DNA of 64,000 bases from Bacteroidota bacterium (GTDB lineage: Bacteria > Bacteroidota > Bacteroidia > UKL13-3), in the NCBI GenBank assembly GCA_947477885.1, contig CANJUD010000001.1, positions 108,632-172,631 of the forward strand. Reading direction: 5' to 3'. Both the position numbers and the translations under genes were made by a program. Every line of letters begins with the position of its first letter. Position 1 is the stretch's first letter. Below the pieces are notes generated by a model. That model was not told the DNA's origin. It saw only the letters and a program-made list of their open reading frames with translations, and did no database searches. Positions 60,651-64,000 of the stretch are shown one piece after another.

Positions 60651-61253
60651 TTAAAAGGTTTTGAAAATGGTACGTAATTTTTCCAATACACGATACATTC
60701 GAGTTTTGCAGGTAGCCTCGGGGATATCAATAATTTGGGCAATTTGGGCAAATGGCCGCTGCTCAAAAAATCGCATTTCTACCAACCATAGCTCATCAGC
60801 ATCAAGTTGACTTAGGGCATTATATAATAGTTCATCGTCATGCACCTGCGTGTCAGTTTCCGATAACAGCGGCGGTAGTTCCTCGCTTTGCAGGTTAATA
60901 GTGCGTTGCACTTTGTTTTTGCGGAACATCATATTCATTTCGTTCACTGCAATGCGAAATAGCCAAGCCACAAATGGCAAGCCTCTATCTTTATAACTAT
61001 CCAACTTCTCCAATGCTTTCAAAAAAACTTGTTGGGTTACATCTGCCGCCTCATCTTTACTGTCGAGCCGTCGGTATACAAATCGGAACAAATCTTTATA
61101 ATACCGATTATACAGCCGCTCGAATTCCAACGGATTGCTTCGAGCAGCAACTACCATTTGGTAATCATCACTTGGTGTGTGCTGCGCAGTGTTCATTTGG
61201 GTTTGGGGTCTACTAGCCATAGCTCTTAGTGGATTGGTATATAGATAATGCAC
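60651..61253 (-). CDS. ECF RNA polymerase sigma factor (true start probably 61220 or 61196)
   Basis: FERLYNRY, DVTQQVFLKA, WLFRIAVN, region 4 FAQIAQII...TCKTRMYRVLEKLR. Confidence 0.92.
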   Translation of the reverse strand: MHYLYTNPLRAMASRPQTQMNTAQHTPSDDYQMVVAARSNPLEFERLYNRYYKDLFRFVYRRLDSKDEAADVTQQVFLKALEKLDSYKDRGLPFVAWLFRIAVNEMNMMFRKNKVQRTINLQSEELPPLLSETDTQVHDDELLYNALSQLDADELWLVEMRFFEQRPFAQIAQIIDIPEATCKTRMYRVLEKLRTIFKTF

Positions 61254-61423
61254 TACCTCGCCAAAAGCCTCAAAACTTTTTCAAATAAAATGTAAAACTT
61301 TGAAAATTTATGAATTATAATTCGCTACTGCGAAAATAAATTACGATAATATTAAAATGAGTGATTAGGGTAAGTGATATTTGCAGGACTCGTAAATCTT
61401 AAATCGCTCAATCCCCAATATTA

Positions 61424-62677
61424 TTATTCCCCGAAATATTTTTTATTATACTTCTTATAAAGTTCTTGTTGTTGCCCCTGCAAATTGATTTCAGCTCCTT
61501 TTATAAAAGCTTTATATAATATATTACCTTTCATATCTAAGGCATCACCTTCACTAATAAAAAAGGTAGCTTGCTTGCCTATTTGTAAAGTACCTAATTG
61601 TTTATCACAACCCAAAATTTTGGCAGTATTATTTGTAATTGCAGAAACTGCTTGTTCATGCGTGAGCCCATATGCAGCAGCAGTTCCCGCTTGGAAAGCA
61701 AGGTTGCGTACTTCCCATGAACCACCCAATGCCAAGCAAAAATCTACGCCAGAATCTAATAACATTTTAGGAAGCTTATAAGGCATTAATACATCTTCGT
61801 CAGTACCATTTGGAAGTCGGTGTAGGTTCATTAATATAATAGGAATATGATTTTCTTTTAGAGTTCCGCAAACTTTATAGCTTTCTGTTCCACCAACGAT
61901 TACTATGTTTTTTATATTTTTCTGTTTAGCAAAATCTATAGCTTCCAAAATTCCATAAGCAGAATTTACACGAATATATAACCTTTTATCTGCTTGCCAC
62001 AAACCTCGCATACTTTCATATTTTAGATTTTTTTCGGTAACTTGTGATAAGTTTATATATGCTTTTGCTTCGTCAATAAATTTGCTTAATCCTTCTAAAA
62101 ACTCTTTATGTGTTTTAGTCTGATCATCGCTAGCAGGCTGTGAAATTTCTTGCCAGTTTATATATATACCATCATCAGTATATAAAGCTGCATCCTCCCA
62201 GTTATCAGCACGTGTAGCCATGATGGATGAGGTGCCGCAGATAGCACCACCAAACGGTGAACTCTGCACTGCGAGCACTCCATTGAATGCCAAAGTCGGT
62301 AAAATTTTACTATCGGTATTATATGAAGTCATAGTTCTGATATTGGGATTATAATTCCCTACTTCATTAAAATCTTTGGTTGCTCTGGCAGCATCAATCT
62401 CGTTTAGTCCGGGATAACAATTAGGGGCAATAAATCCTGGATATATTTCCTGTGTATTTTGTAAACCAATTATTACAGGTTTGTCGGTAGCCCATTTATT
62501 TTCTATTTTTTGTAAGTCGTTTCCTATATCAACTATTTGTTGTGCTTTAATAACTATGATACCATTCTCAATAATTTGACCGTTACCAATATGTATTTTA
62601 GCTCCATGATAAATACTTACTTGTGCGTCTATGTAGTTCGACAGAAGTATAAATATATATAATAGTATTTTTTTCAT
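61424..62677 (-). CDS. Secreted amidohydrolase family protein
   Basis: Signal peptide, IYPGFI, GLNEIDA, AITNNTAKILG, GTLQIGKQAT, GDALD. Confidence 0.85.
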   Translation of the reverse strand: MKKILLYIFILLSNYIDAQVSIYHGAKIHIGNGQIIENGIIVIKAQQIVDIGNDLQKIENKWATDKPVIIGLQNTQEIYPGFIAPNCYPGLNEIDAARATKDFNEVGNYNPNIRTMTSYNTDSKILPTLAFNGVLAVQSSPFGGAICGTSSIMATRADNWEDAALYTDDGIYINWQEISQPASDDQTKTHKEFLEGLSKFIDEAKAYINLSQVTEKNLKYESMRGLWQADKRLYIRVNSAYGILEAIDFAKQKNIKNIVIVGGTESYKVCGTLKENHIPIILMNLHRLPNGTDEDVLMPYKLPKMLLDSGVDFCLALGGSWEVRNLAFQAGTAAAYGLTHEQAVSAITNNTAKILGCDKQLGTLQIGKQATFFISEGDALDMKGNILYKAFIKGAEINLQGQQQELYKKYNKKYFGE

Positions 62678-62688
62678 CTACTATTATA

Positions 62689-63891
62689 TTATACACCCAA
62701 TAACATTCTTGCCGGGTCTTCCAATAGTTGTTTTACGCGAACTAAAAATCCTACTGATTCACGTCCATCAATCACACGATGGTCATAGCTCAATGCCACA
62801 TACATCATGGGTCTTATCACTACTTGTCCGCCAATAGCAACAGGTCTTTCTATAATATTATGCATTCCCAATATTGCACTTTGCGGAGCATTAATAATAG
62901 GTGTCGACATTAGGCTGCCAAATACACCACCATTCGTGATCGTAAAAGTTCCTCCGGTCATTTCTTCCAAACTTAAATGGTTTTCTCTAGCTTTAGCAGC
63001 AAGGCTGGCGATGCTGCGTTCTATATCGGCTAGGGTCATACTCTCGGCATTGCGAACAACAGGAACTACCAATCCTTTGGGAGCAGAAACGGCAATAGAT
63101 ATATCGCAATATTGATGGTATATAATTTCTTCACCGCTAATCATCGCATTCACCGCAGGGAATTCTTTTAGTGCTTCACAAACTGCTTTGGTAAAAAACG
63201 ACATAAAGCCTAATCCAATTCCATGTTTTTCTTTGAACTTTTCTTTATATGATGATCTCAAATCCATCAAATTTTTCATATCCACTTCATTGAATGTAGT
63301 GAGCATGGCAGTTTCATTTTTTACAGCAACCAATCTTTTACTAATCGTTTTGCGAAGATTGCTCATCTTTTCATGCCTCTCTTCACGACTTCCCGCAAGT
63401 ATAGGCGCATTTATGATACTAGGTTTAGTTTCAGATTTTTTTGCAGGCTGTGCTTGTTCCGCATCTTCTTTGGTGATGCGTCCATCTTTTCCAGTTCCAT
63501 TAATAGCGGCTGGCGCAATTCCTTTCTCGCTTAATATTTTTTGAGCGGCGGGACTTGGATGACCTGTAGCATAATTTTGCGATGCAACTGATTCTTGTTT
63601 TTGTGTTTCTGCTTTTGGACTTGCAACAGGTTCGCTCTTTACTGCGGGTGCTTTAGCTGATGTATCTATACTACAAATTAAACTTCCTACTTTTATAGTA
63701 TCACCTTCATTGCCATTTGTTTTTAATACCCCTGCGGCTTCGGCGTTCAATTCGAAAGTCGCTTTGTCACTTTCCAATTCGCACAGTATTTCATCCATTT
63801 GAACATAGTCACCACTCTGCTTTAGCCAACGACTAATGGTTACTTCACTTATTGATTCACCCACCGTGGGTACTTTAATTTCTAATGCCAT
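62689..63891 (-). CDS. sucB: 2-oxoglutarate dehydrogenase E2 (dihydrolipoyl succinyltransferase)
   Basis: Lipoyl motif [12 protein letters not shown]...[30 protein letters not shown]; TAGGTTTG promoter element upstream. Confidence 0.97.
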   Translation of the reverse strand: MALEIKVPTVGESISEVTISRWLKQSGDYVQMDEILCELESDKATFELNAEAAGVLKTNGNEGDTIKVGSLICSIDTSAKAPAVKSEPVASPKAETQKQESVASQNYATGHPSPAAQKILSEKGIAPAAINGTGKDGRITKEDAEQAQPAKKSETKPSIINAPILAGSREERHEKMSNLRKTISKRLVAVKNETAMLTTFNEVDMKNLMDLRSSYKEKFKEKHGIGLGFMSFFTKAVCEALKEFPAVNAMISGEEIIYHQYCDISIAVSAPKGLVVPVVRNAESMTLADIERSIASLAAKARENHLSLEEMTGGTFTITNGGVFGSLMSTPIINAPQSAILGMHNIIERPVAIGGQVVIRPMMYVALSYDHRVIDGRESVGFLVRVKQLLEDPARMLLGV

Positions 63892-64000
63892 AATAGTTTA
63901 ATGATTACTGCTGCAAACCTACAATTTATAAGGCAAATGAGCAAGATGAATTATATACACACTTATTATATAAGACAGATACCTCGGCATTTACATGGGA

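Noticed and set aside
61300-61420. Degenerate periodic arms (also near 36250, 45600 and 50560)
   Set aside because: Too eroded and AT-rich to define confidently as members of the 7-mer family
247-63544. Many 60-150 aa ORFs overlapping longer genes on the opposite strand or in another frame
   Set aside because: Shadow ORFs of well-supported genes with no recognisable motifs

Overview
64 kb of an AT-rich Bacteroidota chromosome. The assignment rests on gldA/F/G, a porZ-like gene, a GldM paralog, TAnnTTTG promoters and no obvious Shine-Dalgarno motifs. The window is densely packed with about 60 mostly housekeeping genes, including gcvH, parE, dapB, waaA, lpdA, def, fbaB, map, rpmH-rnpA-yidD, menC/menD, ndk, prfA, tpiA, recO and sucB. 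I found no rRNA, tRNA, CRISPR array, prophage, integrase, transposase or reverse transcriptase. The main unexplained signal is non-coding: a large share of the intergenic spacers carry non-autonomous palindromic elements from several families. These are (i) CGTC-tagged 130-190 bp elements sharing an oriented internal core, (ii) inverted-repeat elements whose arms are tandem 7-mers, with a different 7-mer in different copies, (iii) TGTCA...TGACA elements, (iv) a four-unit REP cluster and (v) tiny hairpins nested inside the others. They often abut or supply stop codons, and one 7-mer array is translated inside waaA. Protein-level candidates are an orphan HsdR-N-like nuclease, a double-AAA CbbX/SpoVK ATPase with duplicated N-terminal domains, an ECF sigma factor paired with a 714-aa repeat-containing membrane partner, and orphan GldM- and possibly GldN-like paralogs. 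All calls are by eye; no database searches were run.
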